Shown: piece after piece, positions 9,381 to 22,224 of the stretch
How the letters are laid out: every line of letters starts with the position of its first letter
Numbering within the stretch: position 1 is the stretch's first letter
DNA from: Gekko japonicus
Lineage: Eukaryota
Direction of reading: 5' to 3'
NCBI RefSeq assembly: GCF_001447785.1
Contig: NW_015174878.1
Coordinates: 339,886-393,138, forward strand
DNA: 53,253 bases
The notes under the pieces: model-generated
Told to the model about the DNA's origin: nothing
Databases searched by the model: none
Seen by the model: only the letters and a program-made list of their open reading frames with translations
Position numbers and translations under genes: made by a program

Positions 9381-11281
9381 ATTCCCCCCCTTGTGACCCT
9401 GAAGACGTCAGGCAAATGGGTCACACATACACACTCGCACAGAGTCCACTGGAACACTCATCTCTCCTCTGGAACAGGCGTAGTCATCTGGAGCAGGCGG
9501 CATCTGGAACAGAGGTCTCTGGAACCGGTGCCCTGTCCCAGGTGTCCTAATCTACACTAGCGGGAAAAGGAAGCTTGCCTACAAGAATGCCAATTATGCC
9601 AGAAGTGGCCTGTGCATGTGAGTAGGTACTGTATATCCCATAGCATCAAGCATAGAAATAACTTATCATTGTGTTACTTAAAAAAAAATTATTAAAACCA
9701 ACTATTTCTAAGATAATTATAAGAGAGAACGGTCTAAGTTCTGCTCACTTAGCACACTAAACATCCAATACATCACTAATAAGATAAATACGGTAGCTAA
9801 GCCACCTAAGACATATGTTTTAAGATTCATGTAAAAAGGTTTAAAAGTTACACGCATTGCTTCGTCTTCCCTCCTGCGGCTTGGTCTCTGCTGGTTGACT
9901 GCTTTCGGGGTTGCACGGGAGCAGGAGGGAGGCACGCTATACATTGAGTCTACACGGGGAGGCTTGGGGCTGTTGAGGCTTCGCGGTGTCCTCGGGAATC
10001 TCCGGATGTTTCCGGGCTAAGGCGAAAGCATATGTTTGAGTAACAGCAACTCTTTGGTCTCTTGGTAACAGGCACTGAATAGCCTGCCCCAAGAGGGAGG
10101 AGGGAATTAGCATAAGGCTCCCCCCCTTGCTCTCACGTGTATAAGAGTCAAGGTGGAGATACCCATGCTAGTCCGAGGGAGGGACACAATATGCATATTC
10201 ATTGCCGCCGCGACCATTATTCCATCAACACCTTTCCATCACCGCACTCTACCACCGCGGGTGCGGATATCATCGGGGGTGCGGGTTGTCCCTAGTGGAT
10301 GACAGGGTTGTGGGGATGTATATCACTGTTGTGGTTCAGTTATAACATCTTGAGAACACCACCTTGGTTGTATGATTCAGAGTGAGTATTGGAGCACCGA
10401 TTTTATTTTTATCAATTTTAATTAACTGTAGTACTCTGTATTATTGTATTTTATATTGTTTTATTGTTATAATCTGGCATTTTATGCCCTTGTTAGCCGC
10501 CCTGAGCCTTCAAGGAGGGCGGGATATAAATCCAAAGAATAAATAAATAAGAAAATGTTATTACAGAAAAGAGCTGTGAATCAGTGGTAGATAGGGTTGC
10601 CAAGTCACTTATATTGTGCGGCGGGGGAGTCCTTGTCCCCTGGTCTGATCCAGCAGGGCTCTTCTTATGTTCTTCTCAGGGGTAGACCTCAACCTGTATG
10701 CCCTGTTGTTGGCCCTCCAGAGGAACTGATTGCCCATTGTACAAGACAGGAGGCTGGACTAGATGGCCCACTGGTCTGATCCAGCAGGGCTCTTCTTATG
10801 TTCTTCTCAGGGGTAGACCTCAGCCTCTATGCCCTGTTGTTGGCCTTACAGAGGAACTGGTTGGCCACTGTGCGAGCCAGGATGGACCACTGGTCTGACC
10901 TAGCAAGGTTCTTCTTCTGTTCTTATAGTCAGAATTGTGGGGGGACATGGCCAGTTGAAGGCCAGAGGTAACCAACTGGGAATTTTCAAATCTTCCCAAG
11001 TGATTTGCCGATTCCAGTTCAAAAATTTATGAGTGCCCATCCTGAAGCAAGTAGTAAACTCACGCCCAAGTCTGCTAATGTGAAAGAGAACAGGAAGGTG
11101 TTGGCGGGTCTCGGTTGCCAAGTTGTTTTCGATAGGCTACTAACCGCAGAGGAGGGAGGAAGACCAATTAATGCAATTAAGATGTTGCATCTGTGTGAGT
11201 GAGCCTGGCATGCATGGGTAGATAATTAGGATTTTAAGATGTTGCACAAGGAAATGGGTCATAACAAAACTACTGGGAGCA

Positions 11282-11288
11282 TATAAAA
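11282..11288 (+). promoter_or_regulatory. TATA box of copy 2
   Basis: TATAAAAGG, homologous to 407-413. Confidence 0.85.
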
Positions 11289-11311
11289 GGACGGTCCAAC
11301 TTCAGTCCATC

Positions 11312-11351
11312 ATCCAACAACCTCACTTGTGCCTCTTTCTTCAGGAACCCG
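11312..11351 (+). other. Non-coding exon 1 of copy 2 (TSS approximate)
   Basis: Ends at CCG|GTAAGT (GT 11352-11353). Confidence 0.75.
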
Positions 11352-14164
11352 GTAAGTTCCCTTTTGATCCAGTTGCATTAGCACATCTTGAAATACTTCT
11401 GTGACGATGACGTTTTTAGTATGTGGTTGCGTCTTGCAAGACAGGCTTCGGTGGTCTTCATTTCTTTCTTTCCTTAAAACACTTCCTGCTCTCCCCCTGT
11501 CTTTCTGTGTCTGTCTCTGCCACTCTCTTTCTCTCTCTGTCTGTCTCTCATTTCATGAGAATACTGGCCGCAAGCCTTAAAATAAATACCTGAATTCTTC
11601 CTGCTTTGGAACTTTGTGGCCTTGGGTCACAGAGCTATGGCCCCTAAAGTCCACATCCGCTTCCTTCTCCTAACTTTAACCTTTGAAATAATCATGGCAA
11701 TTAGAATCTTGAATGTTGAACTCCAAACGGGCAATGTGGATTTGAGAAGTAAATTGAAAGGGGTTATTAATAGCATCTGTGTACATATCTTCTGGGTTAG
11801 GCGTTAAGACTCTAAGCCTCAACACTCTCTACAGGAAATATGTCCTCTTGAACTCTGCCAGGTGTCTTTGTCTAACATAGGAGCTCATGGGAGGGCAAAA
11901 AAACACAGCTTCTCAGAACTGTAGTTAGGCTCAAGAATTGGTACAAATCTGATCAGCGTGGCATAAGAAGTGAGTCCATCAACTTAGGATAAAGACTGAT
12001 GTGAAGTTCAGGGGGCGCTCAGAACACCTGGATGATAAACTAGTAGACTCCAGGTTAAATAGAGGCTATATTTTGTATGTTGGGGAACGTTGGCCATTTT
12101 CCTTTGTGGCCCTCACCCCATGGAATGGCCTCCCTGATGAGGTTAGGAAAGGTCCTACTCTACTGTGCTCTTTTGAAGTATTGGAAGGGCTGTCACTGAG
12201 AGGAGGGCAGGGAGCTGTCCCTGTTGGCAGCAGAGGAGAGGACACGCAATAATGGGTCTAAATTAAAGGTGAGAAGGTACCTGGCTGGATGGTAGGAAAT
12301 GCTTTTTGACAGTCAGAGTCTTGCAATGGTGGAATCAGCTACCAAAGGAAGTAGTGAGCTCCCCTTCACTGGCTGTCTTGAAGCAGCAGCTGGACAAACC
12401 CTTGTCAGGGATGCTCTGGGCTGATCCTGCGCTGAGCAGGGGATTGGACTAGATGGCCTGTGTGGCCCCTCCCAACTCTGCGATTCCATGATTATACTGG
12501 CTTTCTGCAAACTATGCAAAAGCAGAATAATCCAAGAGGTCTTTTGCAGAGGTACGTAGGACGGTATGGTAACAGAACAGTCAGTTAGTGTCATCGGTCA
12601 AGGGACCGTGGCTTTCGCTACTATATTGCTGCCTATCACAGTAAGGATGTTCCAGACTAGGTGGTTTCTACAAAACGTTCAGATGTTTGAGATTTCTGTT
12701 TTGTCTTCAGATTTCTGTAGTCAAGACCCTATTGTACTGTTCACTGCAATGTTCATTTCTCACTATACAAGCACTCGTGGGAATTCAATAAAATTAATGA
12801 GCATTAGGTTTAGAACAGAAAATAGAAAGTACCTCTTCACCCAAAGAGGAATTAATGTGGAATTCACTGCCACAGGAAGTGGTGGCAGCTACAAGCCTAG
12901 GCAGCTTCAAGAGAGGATTAGATAAAGATATGGAGCAGAGGTCCATCAGTGGCTGCTAGCCACAAGGTATAGGTGGAACACTATGTCTGGGGAAGTGATG
13001 CCCTGTATTCTTGGTGCCTGAGGAGCAACAGTGGGAGGGCTACTGGAGTTCTAGACCCACTGGTGGACCTCCTGATAACACCTGGGTTTTGGCCACTGTG
13101 TGACACAGAGTGTTGGTCTGGATGGGCCACTGGCCTGATCCAACATGGCTTCTTTTACATTCATACAGATGTCCCATCCCATTGATCATACTTGACTCAT
13201 ACTACATAAACCACCTTGAGTCTTACCAAGAAAGGCAAACTACAAATAACCAAATAATAATAGTAATAATATTAGAGCTACCCATCTTAAGGACCACCAA
13301 AAGCGAGTACACTGTGTCCCTTCCTTCATTCCCATAGATCCAGATATTATCCAGATATTACACACTGCCGAAGGTGCTGAAAGTTCAGCCAGTTGATAAT
13401 AACAGGATTAACTATGAGACATGCTACTAAGCATTATTAAGCTATTTTATAGCTCTAAGTTAACACAGCCATTTTAACATAAACCAGGCTGAGCAGGGCC
13501 TTCAGCAATGTGTAAGAATGGCCCCTTTGGCTGTTGTCCATTCAGGAAGAATAAGGTGTCAGAGCCACTGGAGCAATCAGTTCCCAACAGCAGTCATTCA
13601 GAAAAAGTTTATTGAGACATTAATGGGTCCCAGACTCTTAACGATTCCTTGTTAGAACTGAGGCCAAGCGTGTGAAACACGTAACTATACCTAAATCAAA
13701 CAGGGTATCAATGGCCCTGGGCCAATCGTACCTAAGCTCAAAGCCCGCCTGAATAACAGCACATAATTTTCAGGGGAAAGAGGATACCAGGGATAGTTAG
13801 GTCTCAAGGGTACATGGCCGAGTCAAGACAGATAACAGCATAGAGAGTAGAAACGAAAGTAAACATTCTTGTTCACTCCCCTCCTCCCCAGTCTCCATGA
13901 CAAACAAGCCCAAGAAGGGGCCAGGATGACATACGGTTAATTTTGGTTGAAGGGCTGAAGAGTGATTTCAATCTGTCAAATGTTGGTGAATCTACTAGCA
14001 GGGCCTTGATGAAGGGAAGGGTCTGCAGATATGAAACAAAACAACTAGATTCTTCGATGGTGTAACTTGGTTAGATGTGTGTGAAGCTTCCCCTTCAGAG
14101 GCCAAAATCTCCTTACATTTCTTCCATGTTGTTTCATTTCAGATCCAACTCCATCTTAATCAAA

Positions 14165-14668
14165 ATGAGCCTCTACAGACACCAAAGCTACTGGAACCCA
14201 TGCCGTCGTGGAAGTTTCTCTTCTGGCAGCTGCTATGGAGGTTCCGGCCAACGCATCTCTTATTACCCATCTTATGGCCGTAGCTGCTACCCACAGAGCT
14301 GTTATGGAGGTTCCAGCCAACGCATCTCCTATTACCCGTCTTATGGCCGTAGTTGCTACCCACAGAGCTGTTATGGAGGTTCCAGCCAGCGCATCTGCTA
14401 TTACCCACAGACCTCTTATGGCGGTTATGGCCGTAGCTACTACCCACAGTCCTCCTGGGGTGGTTATGGCTACGGCTATGGCCGGGGTTGTTACCCACAA
14501 CAATATTACGGGGGCTACGGTTACGGCCGTCGGTATGGATCAGGGTACGGATCCAGGCGTGGCAGCATGTGTTGGGGGTACGGATCCAGGCGCGGCAGCA
14601 TCTGTTACGAGCCCTGCTACCCTATCAAACGAAGGTACAGCTGCAGCAGCATTGACGGACCCTGCTAA
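14165..14668 (+). CDS. Gly/Tyr-rich EDC-type protein, copy 2, 167 aa
   Basis: Acceptor AG 14141-14142 and ATG 14165; two amino-acid differences from copy 1 (GGSGQ>GGSSQ, YDRG>YGRG). Confidence 0.88.
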   Translation: MSLYRHQSYWNPCRRGSFSSGSCYGGSGQRISYYPSYGRSCYPQSCYGGSSQRISYYPSYGRSCYPQSCYGGSSQRICYYPQTSYGGYGRSYYPQSSWGGYGYGYGRGCYPQQYYGGYGYGRRYGSGYGSRRGSMCWGYGSRRGSICYEPCYPIKRRYSCSSIDGPC

Positions 14669-15021
14669 ACACCCGAGTGGACTTCTGATGAGATGTTAAA
14701 CGACAGACCCAATGACTCTCCAGCTGAACTTTTTCTCCCCCCCCCCGAAATGCTGAACACAAAGGAATTCCCATGGTTATTATCGTGCATTCAGCAGTTG
14801 TCTAAATGACTCCTATGCCCGCCTCTGCGCACACCATGCTGCCTTTAATGACTGTTTCTCTAATGGACAGTCCGTGCATGTCCATGAAAGCCCAGTGGGT
14901 CCCCCCCACCCCAATTCTGCAGGACACCTTGACAATGGATTCACCCTTCAATATTTCCATGCTGTTCTTTGGTTTGAATCCTGCAGTTGCTCATTTTTTG
15001 TAATCCAATCTCTGTTCTCAA

Positions 15022-15027
15022 ATTAAA
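15022..15027 (+). terminator. Polyadenylation signal ATTAAA of copy 2
   Basis: Homologous to 3738-3743. Confidence 0.65.
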
Positions 15028-15876
15028 AGCTTGCTTTGCATTAAGATTGCTTTTCTGGATGTCTCTGGTGTATCTTCTCTCTCTCTAGAAGGGCAATGAA
15101 TGTCTTCCATGGAGGAAAACAGAAGGAGAAGGCAACTGGTTGTGTTTGCAGTCCAGTGAGAGGAAATACTGTGTGAATGGCAGGTGATATTAGGAGGAGG
15201 ATGGGTTGAAGTTAGGGAATGATGCTCCAATAAAGAAAACTGTGGTTCCTAGTCGACGGGATCAGTCATTCTGAAGCAGTTCCCTTGAAAGAAAGTTTGC
15301 CATGACTCTTAGCCTTTTCCTGCAATTGATAGCTTGAGGAAAGTTTTCCATACATTTCAAATCATGATTTGCTGGGCTGCAATCACATCTGTTACCCAAA
15401 AGAGACCCATGCCACAGTATGTATATTTAAGCATCCCCACAGGTGCACGTCTTCAACCCTGATTGCAGGCGGTGTTCCCTCTAAGCTGAGTAAGTGCGAG
15501 CCAGCTCACAGTTTTTAGCCTCCTGCTCACACATTTTTGCCTTAGCTCAGAAAGGATGGCTCCAGAGCAAACTAATTTATGCAGCAGCCAAGTCGCTCAA
15601 TAACAACTTTAATGCCAGTAGCTCACAAAGCAGAATTTTTGCTCACAAGACTCCACATCTTGGAGGGAGCATTGGATGCAAGCTGGTGTTTTAGCCTGTG
15701 TATTCATAGATGTGAAAAAGCTTCATAGACATGAAAAAGAGAAGAAGACAGGGAAGGAGTCTAATGCTTCACCAGGCAGTCCTTTCAATGTCTTTACCAA
15801 GAATTCTAGGAAGAAAAGAAGAGAAAGAAGGTGACTGTTAAGCCAAATCTAAACTGTAAAACACGAGTGGTAGTTG

Positions 15877-17020
15877 AGAACATAAGAGAAGCCCTGCTGG
15901 GTCAGACCAGTGAGGGTCCATCCAGTCCATCATCCCGTCTCACACAGTGGCCTCAACCAGTTCCTCTGGAGGGCCAAGAACAGGGCAGAGAGGCCAAGGC
16001 CTTCCCCTGAGGAGAACCTCAGAAGAGCCCTGCTGGGTCAGAGCAGTGAGGGTCCCTCTAGTCCATCATCCCGTCTCACACAGTGGCCTCAACCAGTTCC
16101 TCTGGAGGGCCAGCAACAGGGCAGAGGGGCCGAGGCCTTCCCCTCATAAGAACATCAGAAGAGCCCTGCTGGATCAGAACAGTGAGGGTCCATCTAGTCC
16201 AGCATCCTGTCTCACACAGGGGCCTCAACCAGTTCCTCTGGAGGGCCAGCAACAGGGCAGAGAGGCCGAGGCCTTCCCCTCATAAGAACATCAGAAGAGC
16301 ACAAAGGGTCGAGCACTCCGGGAAGCCACTAGCAAGGGAGGGGGGAAAGGGAAATATGGGTATTGGATAAGTGAAAGCCAATGTTAAATGTGATATTATA
16401 TCCAAAAAATAAAAGTTTTGTACCAAAAAAAAAAAAAGAACATCAGAAGAGCCCTGCTGGATCAGAACAGTGAGGGTCCATCTAGTCCAGCATCCCATCT
16501 CACACAGTGGTCAACCAGTTCCTCTGGAGGGCCAACAAACAGGGCAGAGAGGCTGAGGTCTTCCCCTGATGTTGCGTCCTTTCTCTGATATTCAGAGGTT
16601 TAATGCCTGTTAATGTGGAGGTCCCCCTCCATCACCATGGCTAGTAGCCATCAATAGACCTATTATCCATTAATCTATCTATCCCCCTTTTAAAGCTCAT
16701 TATTCCAGTGGCCATCACTACACCCTCTGGCAACAAATCCCACATTTTGACCACTCTCTGTGTAAAGTACTATTTCCTTTTCTCCATCCTGGTCCTACTG
16801 CCCATCAGCTTCACTGGATGCCCTCGAGTTCTAGTATTTGGGGAGAGGGAGATTCCCCCCCCCCTTTTGTCCACTCTCTCCACCCCATGCATGATTTTTG
16901 CAAACCTCTATCATGCCCCTGTGTGTTGTCTCTTTTTCTAAACTGAAAAGTCCCAGACTCTTCAGTCTTTCCTCAGAGGAAAGATGCTCCAACCCCCTCA
17001 TCATCTTGGTTGCCCTGCGC
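15877..17020 (-). mobile_element. CR1 3' fragment with ~136-bp tandemly amplified 3' end
   Basis: Units start near 15877, 16013, 16149 and 16285/16437, followed by ORF2-end sequence (KYYF.. on the opposite strand). Confidence 0.75.
16301..16435 (+). mobile_element. Short 5'-truncated poly(A) retroposed insertion (L1-type)
   Basis: AATAAA plus poly(A); TSD AAGAACATCAGAAGAGC on both sides. Confidence 0.65.
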
Positions 17021-17044
17021 TGTAGAATGATAGCAATTCATTCA

Positions 17045-17339
17045 TGTTTAGTGTAGTGGTTGAATGCGAGAACTCTAATCTGGGAGAACCGGGTTTGATT
17101 CCTCAACTCCTCCGCTTGCAGCTGCTGGATGACCTTGGGCAAGCCATAGTTCTGACAAGAGCTGTACTTGAAAGGGCAGTTCTTGAAAGAGCTCTCTCAG
17201 CCCCACCTACCTCACAGGGTGTCTGTTGTGGGGAGGGGAAGGGAAAGGAAAGGAGTTCGTAAGCCACTCTGAGACTCCGAGTGAATGGCAGGGTATAAAT
17301 CCAATCTCCTCCTCCCCCTCCTCCTCCTCTTCTTCTTCT
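17045..17339 (+). mobile_element. Squam3-type SINE
   Basis: Same family as 4594-4869. Confidence 0.82.
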
Positions 17340-18011
17340 GGTTTTCAGAATGATTCTGGCCAGGCCTGATTCAGATACAGGTGTGGATTTTTTTAAAATA
17401 GCATTTTATTGAGTTTTATATATCTTTACATCCTGTATTACTTGTTAGTGGTATACAGTATCTTTCAACAGCAGGTGTGGATTTAAGAGCTCCTGGGTGT
17501 CTAGATAGCTTTCCTAGATGAGATTATTTAATTCCTGGAAAGAGGTAGGGCTCAAGAATATTTTTGTTTCATTATGAGTACTATGCAATTAGAGGATCCT
17601 TGATTCCATTTTAACCGTTTATTGCAACATAGCTGTTTGCCTCTGTAACACGGACTACTCAAAAGAAAATGATGCCATCTATTATTGCCCCATAGTTAAT
17701 TAAAGGGGAGCCATCATACGAGCCCATAAAATATCTTACCAAAGATAAGCCTGGCATAGACAAGGAACTTCTCGTCTCACACAAGTTCTGAATCAGTTCA
17801 GCTTCCCATGTTTATACAATTTTAAAACCATCTCCTAAAATAGCAAGCTGTCCCGCTTGGTGAAGTTATCAGTGTTCGGATGTCTTCTCAGATTACATTA
17901 AAACGGTTAGTTCATTCTTGCAGCTTTTTCAACGCAACAGAGGCCAAGTTCAGATGGGCAGTTTGCCCCGATATAGGTGCATGTGAGGAATGTTTCACAA
18001 GTGGATTAAAT

Positions 18012-18254
18012 GGGGCGTTCACACAGGAACATCTATCCAGCATTCCCCACCGATACTCAACCTATCTTGGTGAAAGTGGTAGAAAACCCTGGAAAGCGCA
18101 ATCATCCCGTGTCCGTCCTGCACCAACAAAGTGTCAACGCCAAAACCACATTTTTCTTGTGCGGTTATGTGCATAAACTCATATCTCCAGATTATCCATA
18201 AAGAAAGTCGTGCCTTACAGCCGTGCCTCCGGGCCAACAGTGTGAACGCTCCCT
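18012..18254. mobile_element. Harbinger-like MITE remnant (related copy ~35563-35751)
   Basis: Inverted ends GGGCGTTCACAC...GTGTGAACGCTCCC. Confidence 0.5.
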
Positions 18255-18324
18255 TGGGCCTCCTCCCGGTATTCTCCAACATCAGTCGCTGCAGTGTGAA
18301 CAGGAAAAGTCGGAACAGTGTGTT

Positions 18325-18930
18325 GTGTCATCTGCAAATTTAGCCACTTCACTGCTTACTCTGAACTCCATATCATTAATAGACAAATTTAAAAGCATCA
18401 GGCCGAGTAGTGATCCCTGCGGTACCCCACTGCTTAGCACCCTCCACTGAGAAAATTTCCCATTTATACTCAATCTCTGTTTCCTATTAATTAGCCAGTT
18501 TTTTATCCACAAAAGGACTTGTCCTTTTATCCCGTGACTATTGAGCTTACTTAGGAGCCTTTGATGAGGAACTTTTTCAAAAGCTTTCTGGAAGTCAAGG
18601 TAAACAACATCTATTGGGTCCCCCTTGTCCACGAGTTTGTTCAGTCCCTCAAAGAACACTAACAGGTTAGTGAGACAAGATCTTCCCTGACAGAACCCAC
18701 ACACAAAACAAAGGTTTTGTTCATCAGTGTGCCTACAATTTTTTCCCTAATAACAGTTTCCACCAACTTACCCGGTATCTACGTCAGACTGACTGGCCTG
18801 TAATTTCCCTGATCTCCTCTGGAACCCTTTTTAAAGATGTGAGTGATATTAGTTGAGTGAATGGCTGTAATTACTGCCTGTAATTTTCTGGATCTCCTCT
18901 GGAACCCTTTTTTTAAAGATGGGAGTGACT
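18325..18930 (-). mobile_element. CR1 reverse transcriptase fragment
   Basis: ORF 18282-18704: GRSCLTNLL, YLDFQKAF, SGVPQGS, KFADDT. Confidence 0.88.
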
Positions 18931-19002
18931 GGCTGAGGGGATTAGAGCTCCTGGCAGACCTTGAGTGCAGGGTTTTTATTCCAGTCCAACCCTCTCCTAT
19001 TT

Positions 19003-19262
19003 GAGAGCCAGTTCGGTGTAGTGGTTAAGAGTGCAGACTCTAATCTGGGAGAGAAGGGTTTGATTCCCCACATGCAGCTGCTGGCATGACTTTGGGTCAG
19101 TCACAAGTTCTCTCAGAGCTGTTCTCTCAAGAGCAGTTCTCTCAAGAGCTCTCTCAGCCCCACCTACCTCACAGGGTGTCTGTTGTGGGGAGGGGAAGGG
19201 AAAGGAGATTATAAACTGCTCTGAGACTCTGAGTGAAGGGTGGGTATAACTCTCTCTCTCTC
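19003..19262 (+). mobile_element. Squam3-type SINE
   Basis: GAGAGCCAGTTCGGTGTAGTGGTTAAG head and family body. Confidence 0.82.
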
Positions 19263-19375
19263 TCCTTCTATTAGGCCAACTCTACTGCTTTGGCAGCCTC
19301 ACATTTGGTTCTAGCTTACCCTCCCACCATTCCTTGGCTCTCTGCTTGGTGCATTGTAAGTTTTTGGATCTCCTT

Positions 19376-19704
19376 AGGTAAAGGTAAAGGCTTCCCTTGC
19401 TCAAAAGCCAGTCAAAATGCAACTCAAGGGATGCGGTGCTCATCTCCGTTTCCAAACCGAAGAGCCAGCGCTGTCCAGAGACATTTCCGTGGTCATGTGA
19501 CTGGCATGACTAGATGCCAAGGCACACGGAATGCTGTTACCTTCCCACCAAAGCGGTAACTATTTACTCACTTGCAATTTCTTGCTTTTGAACTGCTAGG
19601 TTGGCAGGAGCTGGGACCAGAGACAGGAGCTCACTCCGTCACGTGGTACTCGGGTCTCGAACTGCTGAACTACCAACCTTCCAGTCTGCAGTTCAGCATC
19701 TTAA
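19376..19704 (-). mobile_element. Sauria SINE
   Basis: Reverse complement of the 1194-1543 family, with (ACCTTT)n tail. Confidence 0.85.
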
Positions 19705-20010
19705 CTCCTGCTGGCACCTGGTATTTTTGGCCACTATGTGACAGAGTGTTGGACTGGATGGGCCTTTGGCCTGATCCAACATTGGCTTCTCTGATGTTCT
19801 TAGATGGTCTGATCCAACAGGGAGCTATTGAGTCATATTTCTCTCCCATCTTCCCATGAGCCTCCCATGATATCTTTTAAAGCTGACATACCATTTCATG
19901 TTCTCTTGCTCCACAGACTATCCATCCACTCATTACAATTTCTTCAAGAGGAGGATATGGACGGCAGTCTTCATTAACACACACGACTACATAGAGAGAA
20001 GCTGTGATTT

Positions 20011-20297
20011 CCAGTTTGGTGCAGTGGTTAAGTGAGCGGACTCTAATCTGGGAGAAGCGGGTTTGATTCCCCACTCCTCCACTTGCACCTGGCTGGATGA
20101 CCTTGGGCAAGCCATAGTTCTGATAAGAGCTGTTCTTGAAGAAGAGCAGTTTCTGTCAAGAGCTCTCTCAGCCCCACCTACCTCACAGGGTGTCTGTTGT
20201 GGGGAGGGGAAGGGAAAGGAGTCTGTAAGCCGCTCTGAAACTCCTTTGGGTAGTGAAGAGTGGTGTATAAATCCAATCTCTTCTTCTCTTCTTCTTT
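20011..20297 (+). mobile_element. Squam3-type SINE
   Basis: Family head, body and CTT tail. Confidence 0.85.
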
Positions 20298-20403
20298 TCC
20301 CTCTCAGCCCCCCCCCGCCCCCCAATATCTCCCTAACAAGAATTGGGCATCAGGAATGGATAACCAGAGAAACCAGAAAGACATTTGTGATGCAAAGCAA
20401 GTT

Positions 20404-20409
20404 TTTAAT
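20404..20409 (-). terminator. Polyadenylation signal ATTAAA of copy 3
   Basis: CTCAGATTAAAAACTTGCTTTGCAT is homologous to the copy 1/2 signal context. Confidence 0.65.
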
Positions 20410-20760
20410 CTGAGAGCAGAAAGTGGATTGCGGCACAGAGGGACAGCAGGCTTCAGTCAGAATGACAAAACCCAGATGGAACGTGGAAAGATGTTTCAAT
20501 TGTCCAGGTGTCCCGCAGGAGATTAAAAGGATATAACAGGAACCGGTGGGCTTTCGTAGACACTCAGGTAGTGTCCATTAGAAAGTTATTCATCAGAGGC
20601 AGAGTGCAAGGTGAGCAAAGGCAGGCCTAGGGGTGATTTATAGAAGTGCTGAACACACGATGATAACCATTGGACTTCTTCGGGGGGGGGGGGAGTTCAT
20701 CCGGAGAGTCGTCGAGTCCATGTTTCCTTTTAGCATCTCACTGGAATGTCCCTCCAGATC

Positions 20761-21192
20761 TTAGCAGGGTCCGTCAATGCTGCTGCAGCTGTACCTTCGT
20801 TTGAGAGGGTAGCAGCCGCCAGAACTGTAGCCATAGGGCTCGTAACAGATGCTGCCACGCCTGGATCCATACCCCCAAGACATGCTGCCACGCCTGGATC
20901 CGTACCCCCATCCATACCTACGACCGTAGAGGCCACCGTAACCGTAACCTCCATAATTTTGTTGTGGGTAATAACCTCGGCCATACCCATAACCACCACA
21001 GTAGAGGGGTGGCATGTAGCTACGGCCATAACCACCCCAGTAGGTCTGCGGGTAGTAGCTACGGCCATAACCGCTGTAAGAGGTCTGCGGGTAGTAGCAG
21101 ATGCGTTGGCCGGAACCTCCATAGTAGCTGCCAGAAGAGAAGCTTCCACGACGGCATGGGTCCCAGTAGCTTTGGTGTCTGTAGAGGCTCAT
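20761..21192 (-). CDS. Gly/Tyr-rich EDC-type protein, copy 3, 143 aa
   Basis: Acceptor TTTCAG|ATCC (exon starts at 21214) and ATG at 21192; MSLYRHQSYWDPCRRGS...KRRYSCSSIDGPC; frame-preserving indels relative to copies 1/2. Confidence 0.88.
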   Translation of the reverse strand: MSLYRHQSYWDPCRRGSFSSGSYYGGSGQRICYYPQTSYSGYGRSYYPQTYWGGYGRSYMPPLYCGGYGYGRGYYPQQNYGGYGYGGLYGRRYGWGYGSRRGSMSWGYGSRRGSICYEPYGYSSGGCYPLKRRYSCSSIDGPC

Positions 21193-21681
21193 TTTGATTA
21201 AGATGGAGTCGGATCTGAAATGAAACAACATGGAAGAAATGGTGAAGTGCCTTTGGGCACTGAGCTGGAAACTTTGCACACCTCTAATGACGTTGCCCCA
21301 TGGAACAATTCACGGTTACTCTGCTCATCTCCACTGGCATTTCCCTTCACCTGCTAGGAGATCCTCCATCATTCCATCGATTGAAATAACTCCTCAGCCC
21401 TTCAGCCTAAATGAACCTTGTTTCCATTGCACACGCAACAGCCGGAGGGGCCACTCTTACACGTCGCTGACGGCCCTGCTCTGCCTGCTTTGCTTCAAAT
21501 TAGTTGAGCTAATTTATTTATTTATTTTATAAAACAGTTTAAGAATGTTTCATGACAAGTCCACGGTGGATCCTTTCGTTATAAAGTGGCTAGAAGTTCA
21601 ACAGGATTGACAGTATTTGATCATCTGGACAAGCAGCCACAGGGAAAATGGAAAAGAAGCTGTGTGTAGCATGCCTATTTC

Positions 21682-22085
21682 CAGGGCTATTTTTGGGCAG
21701 GAACGCACAGGAATGGAGTTCCGGCTGGCTCTCGAGTTGGCCACGCCCAGCAAAAACTCATTAGCATAATAGGCCACACTCAACAGCAGGAACTCATTAG
21801 GATTGGCTACATTAGGGGTGTGTGGCCTAACATGCAAAGGAGTTCCTGCTACAAAAAAAAAAAAAAAAACCCTGGGTTTTGACAACAAACAAGGTAAACA
21901 GAATAAGAAGCAAAAGGTGGGTGTGGCTGGATGACCACACTTCTGGTAATGTGGGGGTGTGGCCTAATATGCTAATGAACTTATCTGTTAGGGTGTGGCC
22001 TAATATGCTAATGTGTTTCTGCTGTTGGGTGTGACCTATTATGCTAATAAGTTCCTGCTGGGCTTTTTCTACAAAAAAAGCCCTG
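21682..22085. mobile_element. hAT-type MITE in intron of copy 3 (related copy ~36025-36340)
   Basis: CAGGGCT...AGCCCTG ends; exact 8-bp TSD CCTATTTC. Confidence 0.8.
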
Positions 22086-22224
22086 CCTATTTCCAATACA
22101 CCCCAACATTTATAATGTAGATTTTGTTTAACCAAGAATCTACTACATTATTGTCCAGTTGTTGTGAGTGACTCCAGAACTACACACAGTGACTCAGGAA
22201 ACCTCATCCCCTGCCACATATTTT

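Larger units (their letters stand above)
10876..15910 (+). repeat. Segmental duplication unit B
   Basis: Collinear with 1-4597; carries ~730 bp (about 11694-12422) absent from unit A and lacks the Sauria SINE. Confidence 0.93.

Noticed and set aside
1-15910. Duplication as an assembly artefact (haplotype duplication)
   Set aside because: The units differ by a SINE, a ~730-bp indel and heavy intron divergence, more than expected for alleles; long reads would settle it
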